Shown: positions 34,591-44,059, counted from the stretch's first letter. The stretch is DNA of 44,059 nt from Elusimicrobiota bacterium (GCA_043811535.1 JBDRNC010000022.1:1-44059); one strand, 5' to 3'. Notes: a model not told the origin generated them from the letters alone. Translations and numbers: made by a program.

Positions 34591-35961
34591 ATGGATTATT
34601 TATTTCCGGAAAAAGAAATCACGAAACTGAAAATAGACAGGATAATAAAGCGCGACGGAAGAACCGTCGCGTTTGACCGTAATAAGATAGTTGATTCTAT
34701 TTTCAGGGCCGTCGTTGACGTCGGCGGCAGCGACAGGAAAACCGCCGAAGCGCTGGCAAATACCGTTATCTCGGTCATCAACAGAACCTACGCCCGGGAA
34801 TCCATACCCAGCGTTGAAGAGATCCAGGATATAGTTGAAAAAGTGCTTGTTGAGAAGGGGCATTACAGGACCGCCAAGGCCTACATTCTCTACCGCGCGG
34901 AGCACGCGCGGATAAGGGAGGAAAAAAACACCCGGATAGTTGCCGAGGACAATATTCCCTATAAGATGCTGTGGCGCGCGTACAAGTGGAACGTGGACCA
35001 CGGCTGCGACACCGTCGAAAACATTAATAAACAGACCGCGAAAGACGGGTTGAAGAAACTGGTTGTAGAAAGCGAAAAGCTGTATGGCGAGGAAATCGAG
35101 AAAGTCGCCGATAAAATAAGCGCCGGCAAGAGCAGGATAAGGATGGTGATAGTTGCCGGGCCGTCCTCTTCAGGGAAAACAACGACAACGATAAAGATAG
35201 GCGAGCAGCTCCATAAAAAGAAGCTTAAATTCATACTTTTAAATCTGGATAACTATTTCAAGGATCTGGACGAGCATCCTAAAGACGAATACGGCGACCA
35301 TGATTTTGAAGCGCCCGAAGCGCTTGACCTTGAACTGGTAAACGAGCATCTTTATAAACTTTTGAAAGGCGATACGGTCAAAATGCCGCTTTACGATTTC
35401 AAGACCGGCAAGAGAACGCTGAATGCTGCCGAGTTCGCGGTCAAAGACGACGAGATACTCCTGATCGACAGCCTGCACGGGCTGTACCCGCAGATAACGT
35501 CAAGCGTTCCTCACGAAATGAAGTTCAAGTTCTACATAGAAACGCTTTGCCAGCTTAGGGATTCCAACGGCGATTTCATGAGATGGGCGGACCTGAGGAT
35601 GCTGAGGCGGATGGTCAGGGATTCATGGCACAGGGCGTACAGGCCCGAGCAGACAGTGGGGCACTGGCATTATGTAAGGCGCAGCGAGAAGAAAAACATA
35701 GTGCCGTTCATAAACAAGGCGGATTACGTATTCAACGGCTCGCTCGCGTACGAACTGCCTGTCTATAAGAAGCATCTTTTTGACGTTTTTCCCGCGATCA
35801 TACAGAAATACGGGAACGACCCCAAAAAACTGGACGCGCTGATAAGGGCCGAAAGGGTTTACAAACTGCTTGAGGAAGTGGGGGAGTTCAAGGACGAAGC
35901 AGTAATACCGAAGAACTCGCTCATCAGGGAATTCATAGGCGGCAGCAGTTATAAATACTAG
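34591..35961 (+). CDS. ATP-cone domain fused to uridine-kinase/PRK-like P-loop nucleoside kinase
   Basis: IIKRDGR...FD..KI, SVEEIQDIVE..L, AKAYILYR; AGPSSSGKTTT, LDNYF, LRRMVRD, SLIREFIGGS. Confidence 0.88.
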   Translation: MDYLFPEKEITKLKIDRIIKRDGRTVAFDRNKIVDSIFRAVVDVGGSDRKTAEALANTVISVINRTYARESIPSVEEIQDIVEKVLVEKGHYRTAKAYILYRAEHARIREEKNTRIVAEDNIPYKMLWRAYKWNVDHGCDTVENINKQTAKDGLKKLVVESEKLYGEEIEKVADKISAGKSRIRMVIVAGPSSSGKTTTTIKIGEQLHKKKLKFILLNLDNYFKDLDEHPKDEYGDHDFEAPEALDLELVNEHLYKLLKGDTVKMPLYDFKTGKRTLNAAEFAVKDDEILLIDSLHGLYPQITSSVPHEMKFKFYIETLCQLRDSNGDFMRWADLRMLRRMVRDSWHRAYRPEQTVGHWHYVRRSEKKNIVPFINKADYVFNGSLAYELPVYKKHLFDVFPAIIQKYGNDPKKLDALIRAERVYKLLEEVGEFKDEAVIPKNSLIREFIGGSSYKY

Positions 35962-36152
35962 AGAATAGAAAATAGAGAGTAGAGAATAGGAAAGACTGAA
36001 GACGGAAGAATTAGAAAACTGCAAAACTAAATCCCCCTTTCGTCCCCACCATCACCACTTCCGAAGAGTCTCCGCCACTTCGGAAGTGAAATAAGGGGGA
36101 TAAGAGGGGGGATTTTAAATCCTGGACGCTGGACCCTGGCTACTGGACCCTG
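35959..36152. repeat. Composite repeat between convergent genes
   Basis: (TAGAGAA)n arm, then AAATCCCCC...GGGGGATTT element with inner IR CACTTCCGAAG/CTTCGGAAGTG (36056-36088), then a GGACCCT-family arm. Confidence 0.75.
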
Positions 36153-36157
36153 TAGTT

Positions 36158-36679
36158 CTACTTACTCAGTTCCACTAATAATGCGTTGCCGAAATCTCTC
36201 GCCGCTTCCGGGCCGTTCGCGGTGATTATCTTTCCGTCCTGTTCAACCGCTTTTCCCGTGTAATTCGCGCCTGCCGCCGAAAAATCGCCCTGAAGAGACA
36301 TGAAAGCGGTGGCGTTTTTTCCCTTCAGCACTCCCGCTTTCAGAAGCGTCCCGGGCCCCATGCATATCGCGCCGAGCACCTTGCCCTGCGAGGCCGCGTC
36401 CTGAGCTATTTTCTGGGCTGACGGATTGTTCCAAAAGACCTGCGCGCCCGGCCCTCCGACAAACACGATCCCTTCGTAATCTACGGCCTTCACGTTATTA
36501 ATGATGACGTCGCTTTTCGCTTTGCCGCCCTTTGCTCCGGTAATATCCCCGGTCACAAGGCTGGCGGTCACTATCTCGGCTCCCTGGCCGGACAGAATCT
36601 CTTTGGGCTCAAAATACTCTTCATCCCTGAAATTCTGGGGAGCCGTCACGAACAGGATTTTCTTACCGCTTAGGCTCAC
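36158..36679 (-). CDS. DJ-1/PfpI family protein
   Basis: FRDEEY, FVGGPGA, GAICMGP (nucleophile Cys), IITANGP. Confidence 0.9.
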   Translation of the reverse strand: MSLSGKKILFVTAPQNFRDEEYFEPKEILSGQGAEIVTASLVTGDITGAKGGKAKSDVIINNVKAVDYEGIVFVGGPGAQVFWNNPSAQKIAQDAASQGKVLGAICMGPGTLLKAGVLKGKNATAFMSLQGDFSAAGANYTGKAVEQDGKIITANGPEAARDFGNALLVELSK

Positions 36680-37302
36680 TTTTTTTTTTCGCCGCCGACT
36701 CTTTTAATAGTAAGTTTTTTCAGCAGAACGGGCGTTAACGGCTTGTTGCCGGGGCCGCACTGGACGCGGGCCATGCCGAAGACGAATTCCTGCCCTTCGA
36801 CGACCTGCCCAAAAATGGTATGCTTGCCGTCAAGCCACGGCGTAGGCACTTCGGTTATGAAGAACTGCGAGCCGTTCGTTCCGGGACCGGCGTTTGCCAT
36901 GGCAAGGCGCCCGGGGCGGTCAAATTTCAGTTCCGGGACTATTTCGTCGCCAAACCTGTATCCCGGGCCGCCGGTGCCGGTGCCTAAAGGACACCCGCCC
37001 TGTATCATGAATTCGGGAATTACGCGGTGGAATATCAATCCGTCATAAAAGCGTTTCTTCACCTTCTGCCCTGTTTTGGGATCCAGCCATTCCCTGGTTC
37101 CGTCCGCCAGTTCCGTAAAATTCGCCACCGTTATGGGAGCTTCCTTTTCAAAAAGGCGACAGACGATCTTGCCCACCGAGGTTTCAAAAATAGCGTATAA
37201 ACCCGGTGTTTTGTCCCACAACTGCTTCGGCGGTTCCGCCGCGAAAGACATGCCCGACATGAAAGCGGCCATAAGAGAGAGAGACATGATGCGTAAAACC
37301 AT
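36676..37302 (-). CDS. Cyclophilin-type peptidyl-prolyl isomerase with signal peptide
   Basis: [47 protein letters not shown]. Confidence 0.95.
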   Translation of the reverse strand: MVLRIMSLSLMAAFMSGMSFAAEPPKQLWDKTPGLYAIFETSVGKIVCRLFEKEAPITVANFTELADGTREWLDPKTGQKVKKRFYDGLIFHRVIPEFMIQGGCPLGTGTGGPGYRFGDEIVPELKFDRPGRLAMANAGPGTNGSQFFITEVPTPWLDGKHTIFGQVVEGQEFVFGMARVQCGPGNKPLTPVLLKKLTIKRVGGEKKK

Positions 37303-37458
37303 AGAATTACCTCCGGAAAATTTCCGCCTTCGCTATACGTGCCATCAATAAACATGGCTATTCGCCATATTGATGTCACAGCTTCGGCGGATTTCGCTAT
37401 AGGTTTAAAAGATGCCACGGCCAAAAAAACCATGGTGCTCAATTATAAATACCGTTCA

Positions 37459-37518
37459 ATTATATAACAAAACAGGGGATGCAGTCAATTTGACTTTGAC
37501 GTCCTAAGTTGATAATAT
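37459..37518. promoter_or_regulatory. Back-to-back divergent sigma70 promoters
   Basis: Plus strand: TTGACT 37490-37495, 17 nt, TAATAT. Minus strand: TTGACT 37488-37483, 18 nt, TATAAT 37464-37459. Confidence 0.5.
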
Positions 37519-37536
37519 ATCACGACATAGGTCCTT

Positions 37537-38217
37537 ATGAAATTCGTGCGGCTTTTACTGACGATACTCCTGGTTCCCGTTGTCATAGCTTCCGGCTGGA
37601 GCTTTTTTAATTTATTGCTCACTTTAGGGCGGAGCGTTTCCGAAAGCGCGATGCCTTTTTGGGCCGGGATCATAGTGTATTTCATTTTTCAGGGGATATT
37701 TTTTAAGCCGATAAGAACATATGTTTTCGGGCACGAACTGACGCACGCCATCGCCGGCATCATGAGCGGCGCCTGGCTCAAGAGTTTCAAGGTTTCATCG
37801 TCCGGCGGAAGCGTGGTGCTGACCAAGACTAACATCTGGATAGCGCTTGCCCCGTATTTCATACCCATATACACGCTGCTCCTTGTAATCGCGTACTGGA
37901 TGGCAAGCAGGTTCTGGCAGATGAGCGGGTTTTACCCGTACTTCCTGTTCCTTACCGGGTTCACGCTGTCGTTCCACCTGTGCCTGACGTATTTCGCGAT
38001 GTCGCAAGAGCAAAGCGACCTAAAACAGTTTGGTACGGTATTTTCTTCGGAAATTATCCTGATAGTCAACTGCGTCATGCTTGCTCTGCTTTTCAGGATA
38101 CTGTTCCCGGGCGCCGTGGATTTTCAGGACTTCATCGCGGATATTCTTAAGAAAACGATACTTATAATTTCTTTTTCAGGCAAGCAAATAAGGCAATTAT
38201 GGATGCTGTTACGCTAG
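37537..38217 (+). CDS. Membrane protein with HExxH motif (M50-like metallopeptidase)
   Basis: YVFGHELTHAIAG, IALAPYF, QSDL; multiple TM segments. Confidence 0.7.
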   Translation: MKFVRLLLTILLVPVVIASGWSFFNLLLTLGRSVSESAMPFWAGIIVYFIFQGIFFKPIRTYVFGHELTHAIAGIMSGAWLKSFKVSSSGGSVVLTKTNIWIALAPYFIPIYTLLLVIAYWMASRFWQMSGFYPYFLFLTGFTLSFHLCLTYFAMSQEQSDLKQFGTVFSSEIILIVNCVMLALLFRILFPGAVDFQDFIADILKKTILIISFSGKQIRQLWMLLR

Positions 38218-38780
38218 AAGAAATAAAACGAAAAGCCTTCCACATGCTGACGCTCATCTATGTCGCGGGATACTGGTTCCTGCCCTGGGAGGTCACGATA
38301 ATAGGCATGGCGGTTGTCTTGCTGTTTGTCATAACAATGGAAGCCCTGCGCCTCAACAATCCCTCTTTGAACAAATGGGTTTTGAGCACGCTGGGCGGCG
38401 TCCACAGGAAAGAAGAAACCCACCATATGAGCGGTCTTGTCTTCACGCTGTCAGGGTCGCTGTTGACCATGCTCATATTTGAAGATAAATGTATTGTCGT
38501 AGCGAGCATGCTTTATCTCTCGTTCGGCGATTCCATCGCCGCGATAATCGGGAAACAGAGGGGAAAGAACAAGATCTGGAATAAAAAATCGCTTGAAGGA
38601 AGCCTTTCCTGTTTTGTTGTCTGCGTTTTGGTGGGGCTGGCGTTCCTAAGGTGGGATTATGCCCTCTTAGGGGCGCTCGTGGCGACGCTGATTGAAACGA
38701 TCCCGTGGCCGCTTAACGATAATTTTTGGATGCCGCTGATATCGGCGGCGATACTGTCGCATTTCATTTACATTCTGTAA
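38199..38780 (+). CDS. CTP-dependent diacylglycerol/polyprenol (phytol/dolichol) kinase family
   Basis: RKAFH, FGDSIAAIIG, KKSLEGS, DNFWMP. Confidence 0.8.
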   Translation: MDAVTLEEIKRKAFHMLTLIYVAGYWFLPWEVTIIGMAVVLLFVITMEALRLNNPSLNKWVLSTLGGVHRKEETHHMSGLVFTLSGSLLTMLIFEDKCIVVASMLYLSFGDSIAAIIGKQRGKNKIWNKKSLEGSLSCFVVCVLVGLAFLRWDYALLGALVATLIETIPWPLNDNFWMPLISAAILSHFIYIL

Positions 38781-38784
38781 ATGA

Positions 38785-38916
38785 AAATACTAAACACGAA
38801 ACACTAAATACTAAATAAGCTCAAAAGATAAAAAATTAAACTCAAACATAGCATTCATATTTAACATTTGGAATTGTGATTTTAGATTTATTTAGAAATT
38901 AGTATTTAGTATTTCT
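38785..38916. repeat. Inverted heptamer array (ACTAAAy / rTTTAGT)
   Basis: atactaaacacgaaacactaaatactaaata ... tatttagaaattagtatttagtat. Confidence 0.8.
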
Positions 38917-38922
38917 AAAGTT

Positions 38923-39684
38923 ATGAATGAAATTGCTGTCAAAACAACTGGTTTAACTAAACGTTTCGGTTCGCTGACCGCCGTGGACGACCTCAATCTT
39001 GAGATAAAGTTCGGCGAGATATTCGCTTTTCTCGGTCCTAACGGCGCCGGCAAGACCACGACCGTGAAACTTCTGACCGGGCTTTTGAGGCCGACTTCGG
39101 GGAACGCCATTGTTTCGGGTTTCGACATCCAGCGTGACCCGCAGGAAGCCAAGAAAGTATTCGGGCTGGTTACGGACCAGCCGTTCGTATACCTGCAGCT
39201 GACCGGCTTTGAGTTCATGAGGTTCGTCGGTGACATTTACCGCATCCCGGTTGCGGAACAGAAAACAAGGATCCCCGAGCTTCTTGAGATGTTCGAGCTG
39301 AAAGACTGGTCCGGCGAGCTTGTCGAATCATACTCGCACGGCATGAAACAGAAACTCGTGCTCGCGAGCGTGCTGCTGCACCAGCCGAAGGTCCTTTTTT
39401 TGGACGAGCCGCTCGTGGGGCTTGATCCGAAGAGCGCCAGGCTTGTCAAGGACATACTGCTGAAACTTTCGGAAAGAGGCGTCACCGTGTTCATGTGCAC
39501 GCACGTGCTTGAGATTGCCGAGAAACTTGCCCACAGGGTCGGCATAATACAGCGGGGCAGGCTTGTAACCCTTGAAAGCGTGAATGAACTGAAGAATAAG
39601 GCCCGTTCCGGCGGGAACCTTGAAGATACTTTTCTTGAACTCACCGGCGGCGCCGAATACTCTGAACTTTTAAAACTCTTGTAG
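38923..39684 (+). CDS. ABC transporter ATP-binding protein
   Basis: GPNGAGKTT, YSHGMKQK, LFLDEP, CTH. Confidence 0.95.
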   Translation: MNEIAVKTTGLTKRFGSLTAVDDLNLEIKFGEIFAFLGPNGAGKTTTVKLLTGLLRPTSGNAIVSGFDIQRDPQEAKKVFGLVTDQPFVYLQLTGFEFMRFVGDIYRIPVAEQKTRIPELLEMFELKDWSGELVESYSHGMKQKLVLASVLLHQPKVLFLDEPLVGLDPKSARLVKDILLKLSERGVTVFMCTHVLEIAEKLAHRVGIIQRGRLVTLESVNELKNKARSGGNLEDTFLELTGGAEYSELLKLL

Positions 39685-39688
39685 TGCC

Positions 39689-39771
39689 GTCATCACGAGG
39701 AGCGAAGCGACGCGGTGATCCCAGTTATTAATAACGCAGATTGCTTCGTCCTTTTCAGTCCTCGCAATGAC
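39689..39771. repeat. GTCAT...ATGAC palindromic element (RPE-like)
   Basis: GTCATCACGAGGAGCGAAGCGACGCGGTGATC ... GATTGCTTCG...CCTCGCAATGAC. Confidence 0.8.
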
Positions 39772-39779
39772 AAAAGACT

Positions 39780-41417
39780 ATGTTTCATCTCATCCTTCTC
39801 CAATTCCGCATTTTCCGCAACCGCGTAAGATCGCTGACCTTTCTTGACGAGATAAAGGCGGCGATACTTATATTTTTCGGGCTTTTTTTTCTCGCGGGCA
39901 TTTACTGGGGAGCGTGGAGGCTCCTTTCATATCTTAACGGTGTCGCTATCATCGGCCCGCTGCTGACGAACAAGCTCATAGCCCTTGTTTTCCTGACATC
40001 GTTCTCGATGGTGATATTTTCCAGTCTCATAACGGCGTTCAACACGCTGTTTTTCAGCAGGGACCTTCCATGGCTCGTCTCCACGCCCCTTCCGATTGAA
40101 AAGATATTCGCGTTCAAGTCCGCCGCGACATTTTTGTATTCTTCATGGATGGTCTTCATAGCGCTTTTACCGTTCATTGTAGCGCTCGCGCAGGTGAAGA
40201 ACGCGGGATTTGCGTATTTTTTGTGGACATTCGCGATGCTCATGCCGTTTTTCGCGGTCGCGAACCTTATAGGCATAACAATAAGCCTTTTCCTCATGAA
40301 ATTCTTCCCGTCGCGCAAGACTCGCGACATGCTCCTTTTCCTTTCCGTCATTTTTATCACCGCCATATACATGATGCTCAGGTTCATCCAGCCGGAAAGA
40401 CTCGTGAAACCCGACGGGCTTGAAGTAGTGTCGCAGTACCTCGCCTACCTGGACGCCCCGACCGCGGTTTATCTTCCGTCATGGTGGATAACCGCCGGGA
40501 TGTTCGGCGTTATTTCGCGGAATTTCGGCGAAACATTGTTCTATTTTTCGCTGCTGGCCGGAACCTTCGCGGTTTTGTTGTCATTTGTCAACGCGTTGTC
40601 GCGAAAATTGTATTTTTCCGGATGGGCCGACAGCGGCATCATACATTCCGAAGGGCGGGCCTGCAGGGAATCTTACACGGCGCGCGGTCTGTTCGGCGCC
40701 TTCATATCGAAGGACATCAAGGTATTTTTCAGGGACGCGAGCCAGTGGTCACAACTGCTTGTCCTTGTCGCGCTGATACTGATCTATCTTTTCAGCATTT
40801 ACAAGCTTCCGCTGGACACGATGTATTTGCAGAACCTTGTTTCGTTCTTTAACGTGGGGCTGATCGGATTCATTCTTTCGGCTGTGGCGTTAAGATTTAT
40901 CTTTCCCGCGATAAGCCTGGAAGGCGGGAGCCTGTGGCTGCTGAAATCCTCGCCGATGCGGATTTCGGGGCTGTTATGGGAAAAACTCATTTTCGGGGGT
41001 GTCCCGGTAATGATTCTCGGAACGGTGCTTTCGCTTTTTTCGGGCTTGTTGTTGAAAGCCGATTTCACCATGATGCTGATGCTGCTTTTTTCGTCGCTGA
41101 CAATGTCCGTGGGATTAAGCGCCATGGCCGCGAGTTTCGGGGCGATCTTCCCGAAATTCAAAACAGCGAATATCGCGGAAATAGAGTCCTCGGCCGGCGG
41201 AATATTCTACATGGTGACATCGCTTTTCTATATCGGGCTTAACATCGCGCTATGGGCCGTGCCCGTCCAGATGTTTTACAGGCACAAGTTCGGAGGGATG
41301 TCGGTGCCGCCGGTGGTTTACGTTTGGATAGCCCTCGCGCTAGTCATAGTGAACGCGATTTTCATAGTATTTCCTTTGACGCGCGCGGTAAAAGCGCTGG
41401 AGAGGATAGAAGCGTAA
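39780..41417 (+). CDS. Putative ABC-2-type exporter permease
   Basis: Multi-pass membrane protein next to the ABC ATPase; S.DL..L...P, KD...F.RD..QW, SLEG...W.L.S.P. Confidence 0.8.
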   Translation: MFHLILLQFRIFRNRVRSLTFLDEIKAAILIFFGLFFLAGIYWGAWRLLSYLNGVAIIGPLLTNKLIALVFLTSFSMVIFSSLITAFNTLFFSRDLPWLVSTPLPIEKIFAFKSAATFLYSSWMVFIALLPFIVALAQVKNAGFAYFLWTFAMLMPFFAVANLIGITISLFLMKFFPSRKTRDMLLFLSVIFITAIYMMLRFIQPERLVKPDGLEVVSQYLAYLDAPTAVYLPSWWITAGMFGVISRNFGETLFYFSLLAGTFAVLLSFVNALSRKLYFSGWADSGIIHSEGRACRESYTARGLFGAFISKDIKVFFRDASQWSQLLVLVALILIYLFSIYKLPLDTMYLQNLVSFFNVGLIGFILSAVALRFIFPAISLEGGSLWLLKSSPMRISGLLWEKLIFGGVPVMILGTVLSLFSGLLLKADFTMMLMLLFSSLTMSVGLSAMAASFGAIFPKFKTANIAEIESSAGGIFYMVTSLFYIGLNIALWAVPVQMFYRHKFGGMSVPPVVYVWIALALVIVNAIFIVFPLTRAVKALERIEA

Positions 41418-41421
41418 CGGC

Positions 41422-41495
41422 AGTATCTCGGGACTCGTATCTAGTATCTCGCAGGCAAATCTTGACGAACGACGAGATACGAGATGCGAGATACG
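41422..41495. repeat. Inverted heptamer array (GTATCTC / GAGATAC)
   Basis: gtatctcgggactcgtatctagtatctcg ... cgagatacgagatgcgagatacg. Confidence 0.8.
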
Positions 41496-41505
41496 GTTTA
41501 AAAAC

Positions 41506-42186
41506 ATGAAACGCATAATATTATCATTATTTATCGGATTGGCGGCAGGTTCTATCGGGTTCTGTATTGAGCCCGGGAGTTTTTACGCTGACGGGCCGAA
41601 AACCGCGAAGGCGGTCGCGCTCACTTTTGACGACGGGCCGGATGTCAGCACCCCAAAGGTGCTTGAAATATTAAAGAAACACGGCGTGAAGGCGACATTT
41701 TTCATGCAAGGCAGTTACATGGAGAGACGCCCTGCCGCGGCAAAAGCGGTCATGCCAGAGGGCCACGAGATAGGCAGCCACCTCTACAGCCATCCGGATT
41801 TTTACCACTCGCATAAGGACGATTTCAGGGAGTTTTGGACAAAAGAAGCCGAGAAAACAGAAAACTCATTTCAGAAAGCTCTTGGTTTCAAGCCCGTTCT
41901 GATGAGAATGCCTCACGGCTACGTCAAACCGTGGGTCAAGGAAGAAGCGAAAAAGCGGGGATACATACTTATTAACTGGTCCTGCGGTTACGACTGGCAC
42001 AAGATGACCGCCGACGAGATGCTCGCGGAGTACGTCAAGTGCATAAAGCCCGGCGCGATATTTTTGATGCACGACGGCGGCAGGGACCGCAAGCGCACGC
42101 TGGAACTCCTGCCCAAACTAATAGAAGAACTTAAAAAGCGCGGATATAAGATGGTGACCGTTAGCGAACTCCTGGGAATAAAATAG
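41506..42186 (+). CDS. Polysaccharide deacetylase (CE4/NodB) with signal peptide
   Basis: LTFDDGP, ATFF, GSHLYSH, RMPHG, FLMHD. Confidence 0.92.
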   Translation: MKRIILSLFIGLAAGSIGFCIEPGSFYADGPKTAKAVALTFDDGPDVSTPKVLEILKKHGVKATFFMQGSYMERRPAAAKAVMPEGHEIGSHLYSHPDFYHSHKDDFREFWTKEAEKTENSFQKALGFKPVLMRMPHGYVKPWVKEEAKKRGYILINWSCGYDWHKMTADEMLAEYVKCIKPGAIFLMHDGGRDRKRTLELLPKLIEELKKRGYKMVTVSELLGIK

Positions 42187-42197
42187 CGTATAGATAA

Positions 42198-42225
42198 GTA
42201 GACCGGCACTTAAGTGCCGGTCTAC
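42198..42225. repeat. Perfect 28-bp palindrome with GTAG/CTAC ends
   Basis: GTAGACCGGCACTT-AAGTGCCGGTCTAC. Confidence 0.95.
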
Positions 42226-42241
42226 GAAACAGGGAAATGAC

Positions 42242-42661
<420 letters not shown>

Positions 42662-42755
42662 GTGGAAAATCCGGGCCGGCTTCAACTTCCGATTTTGCGG
42701 TTTAGTCTTTGTTTCTACCGGATACTAGATACTAATAACTAGATACTGTTGTTTA

Positions 42756-42841
42756 TGCCGAGGGAGGGAGTTGAACCCACACGCCGCGTGAGCGACTGCA
42801 GATTTTGAGTCTGCCGCGTCTGCCAGTTCCGCCACCCCGGC
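42756..42841 (-). tRNA. tRNA-Leu(CAA), CCA not encoded
   Basis: GCCGGGGTGGCGGAACTGGCAGACGC, anticodon arm GCAGA-CTCAAAA-TCTGC, long variable arm, GGTTCAACTCC, acceptor 3' CCTCGGCA. Confidence 0.93.
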
Positions 42842-42953
42842 AATGAACTACAGTAATTCTGAGTAAATACAAAGACCTGTTAACGAAGTCATTTTATCTA
42901 AATAGGGGTAGTTAGTCAAGGAAAGGATTTTGCGGTTTCGAGATACAGTATTT

Positions 42954-43808
42954 ATGATAAGATTCGGCGTCCACTGCTCACTTCGCGACGGTTTAACAGG
43001 TTCCCTGGAAGAGGCAAAAGCCAAGGGCTGCGAAGCGATGCAGATATTCACGCGCAGTCCCCGCATGTGGAAAATGAAGCCGCCCGCCGCGAAAGCGGTC
43101 GCGGATTTTATAAAACTGCGAAAGATTTACAACATTCACCCGCTTGTAGTGCATATCCCCTACCTTCCAAACCTTGCGACCTCAAAACCGGAGCTTTACC
43201 GGCTCTCGCTTCAGGCGCTTATCGACGACCTGCGCCTGGCAGAAAAACTTGAGGCGGATTACCTGGTGATTCATCCGGGCTCGTATTCGGACGGCTCCAC
43301 GCTTGAAGAGGGGATAAAGAAAATCGTATCGGCCCTGAATGTGGCTTTTGACGAAGCTCCGGGCAAATCATATATTCTTCTTGAAACCGTCGCAGGCGGC
43401 GGCAGGCGCATCGGAAGCAGTTTTGAAGAGATAAGAAAGATGATAGACGGCGTAAAGGACAAAAAGCGCATAGGAGTGTGCCTGGACACAGCGCATTCGT
43501 TCGCGGCGGGATACGACCTTTCGACACCTTCAGGAATAGACAAGGCGATGAAGGCGTTTGAAAGCATTATAGGTTTCAAATACCTTAAAGCGATGCACTT
43601 CAACGATTCGCTAGTGCCGTTTAATTCAAGAAAAGACAGGCACCAGCACATAGGGAAAGGATACATCGGGGAAAAGGGTTTCCGGTACATTATTAAGAAG
43701 TTAAAAGACAAGGTTGAAGCCGGGATACTGGAAACACCAAAGGAACCCGAGAGCGCGGATAAGCGAAACCTGAAATTATTGTATAAGTGGCGTAACAACA
43801 AACACTAA
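42954..43808 (+). CDS. nfo: Endonuclease IV
   Basis: GVHCS, QIFTRSPR.W, H.PYL.NLA, HPGS, LLETVAG, CLDTAH, H.NDS, DRHQHIG.G.IG, LETP. Confidence 0.95.
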   Translation: MIRFGVHCSLRDGLTGSLEEAKAKGCEAMQIFTRSPRMWKMKPPAAKAVADFIKLRKIYNIHPLVVHIPYLPNLATSKPELYRLSLQALIDDLRLAEKLEADYLVIHPGSYSDGSTLEEGIKKIVSALNVAFDEAPGKSYILLETVAGGGRRIGSSFEEIRKMIDGVKDKKRIGVCLDTAHSFAAGYDLSTPSGIDKAMKAFESIIGFKYLKAMHFNDSLVPFNSRKDRHQHIGKGYIGEKGFRYIIKKLKDKVEAGILETPKEPESADKRNLKLLYKWRNNKH

Positions 43809-43927
43809 GCTCTAAATACTAAACACTAAATAAATCCAAAACCACAAATTCAAATTTCAAATATAGTTGCAGTGTTTGAGTTTATAATTTTATCTTTTGA
43901 GTTTATTTAGTGTTTAGAATTTAGTGA
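43801..43927. repeat. Inverted heptamer array, ACTAAAy family
   Basis: aacactaagctctaaatactaaacactaaata ... tatttagtgtttagaatttagtg. Confidence 0.8.
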
Positions 43928-44059
43928 GCCGTCAAACCACCAGGCTCCTGCCTGGTGATGGATAGGCCAGTCCAGACGGCAGGCCTGGTAAAAATGATAT
44001 AATCTGCGAATGAGATTCAGAAAGAGCACGCACGCAGTATATAAGACGGAGTATCATGT
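43928..44059 (+). mobile_element. Left end of an IS200/IS605-family element (truncated by the window)
   Basis: Subterminal hairpin CACCAGGC-TCCT-GCCTGGTG (43938-43957) followed by a tnpA-like start; exact left boundary is uncertain. Confidence 0.7.
44010..44059 (+). CDS. tnpA: IS200-type (Y1 HUH) transposase, N-terminal fragment
   Basis: MRFRKSTHAVYKTEYHV fits the H.VY...YH[IV] N-terminus of IS200 TnpA; only about 16 codons visible. Confidence 0.7.
   Translation, partial: MRFRKSTHAVYKTEYH

Noticed and set aside
34591..35961. Ribonucleotide reductase or NrdR
   Set aside because: Only the ATP-cone is shared; the rest is a P-loop kinase and there is no zinc ribbon.
37131..37442. 103-aa minus-strand ORF upstream of the cyclophilin
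   Set aside because: Overlaps the cyclophilin out of frame and shows no recognisable motif; the region is more likely a leader.
42756..42841. tRNA as a genomic-island attachment site
   Set aside because: No integrase and no duplicated tRNA 3' end seen in the window.

Overview
Bacterial chromosomal window (~50% GC by eye, AT-richer intergenic DNA) with about 40 CDSs, mostly on the + strand. The gene content gives a tentative impression of an Elusimicrobiota-like diderm; this cannot be shown from the sequence alone. (1) 3.1-26.2 kb is a nucleoside/pentose catabolic super-cluster: tpiA, pduL, rpiB, deoC, split transketolase, deoB, punA, pdp, recJ, mtnP, PfkB kinase, cdd and a Na/Pi transporter. 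(2) Nested in it (6850-13705) is the best candidate for a new system. It comprises a PilT-like ATPase, a small protein with an unknown C-terminal domain X, a DnaA paralogue and a translationally coupled orphan triple-GAF histidine kinase. The DnaA paralogue keeps an intact AAA+ core, but its DNA-binding domain IV is replaced by a second copy of domain X. (3) The RecJ carries a complete DEDDh (DnaQ-like) 3'-5' exonuclease inserted inside it. (4) 26.4-34.5 kb is an envelope/signalling cluster: secreted glycan-active-like protein, PorV-like barrel+LysM, His-less pseudo-kinase, pseudo-receiver/TM/beta-propeller, PilZ and a 10x CxxC zinc-finger membrane protein. (5) The rest holds an ATP-cone/uridine-kinase-like fusion, a cyclophilin/DJ-1 pair joined by a slippery A_AAA_AAG-stop, an ABC transporter, tRNA-Leu(CAA), nfo and the left end of an IS200/IS605 element. 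Many intergenic gaps hold inverted arrays of 7-9-nt tandem repeats whose unit changes from locus to locus, plus REP/MITE-like palindromes. All calls come from motif reading; no database searches were run.
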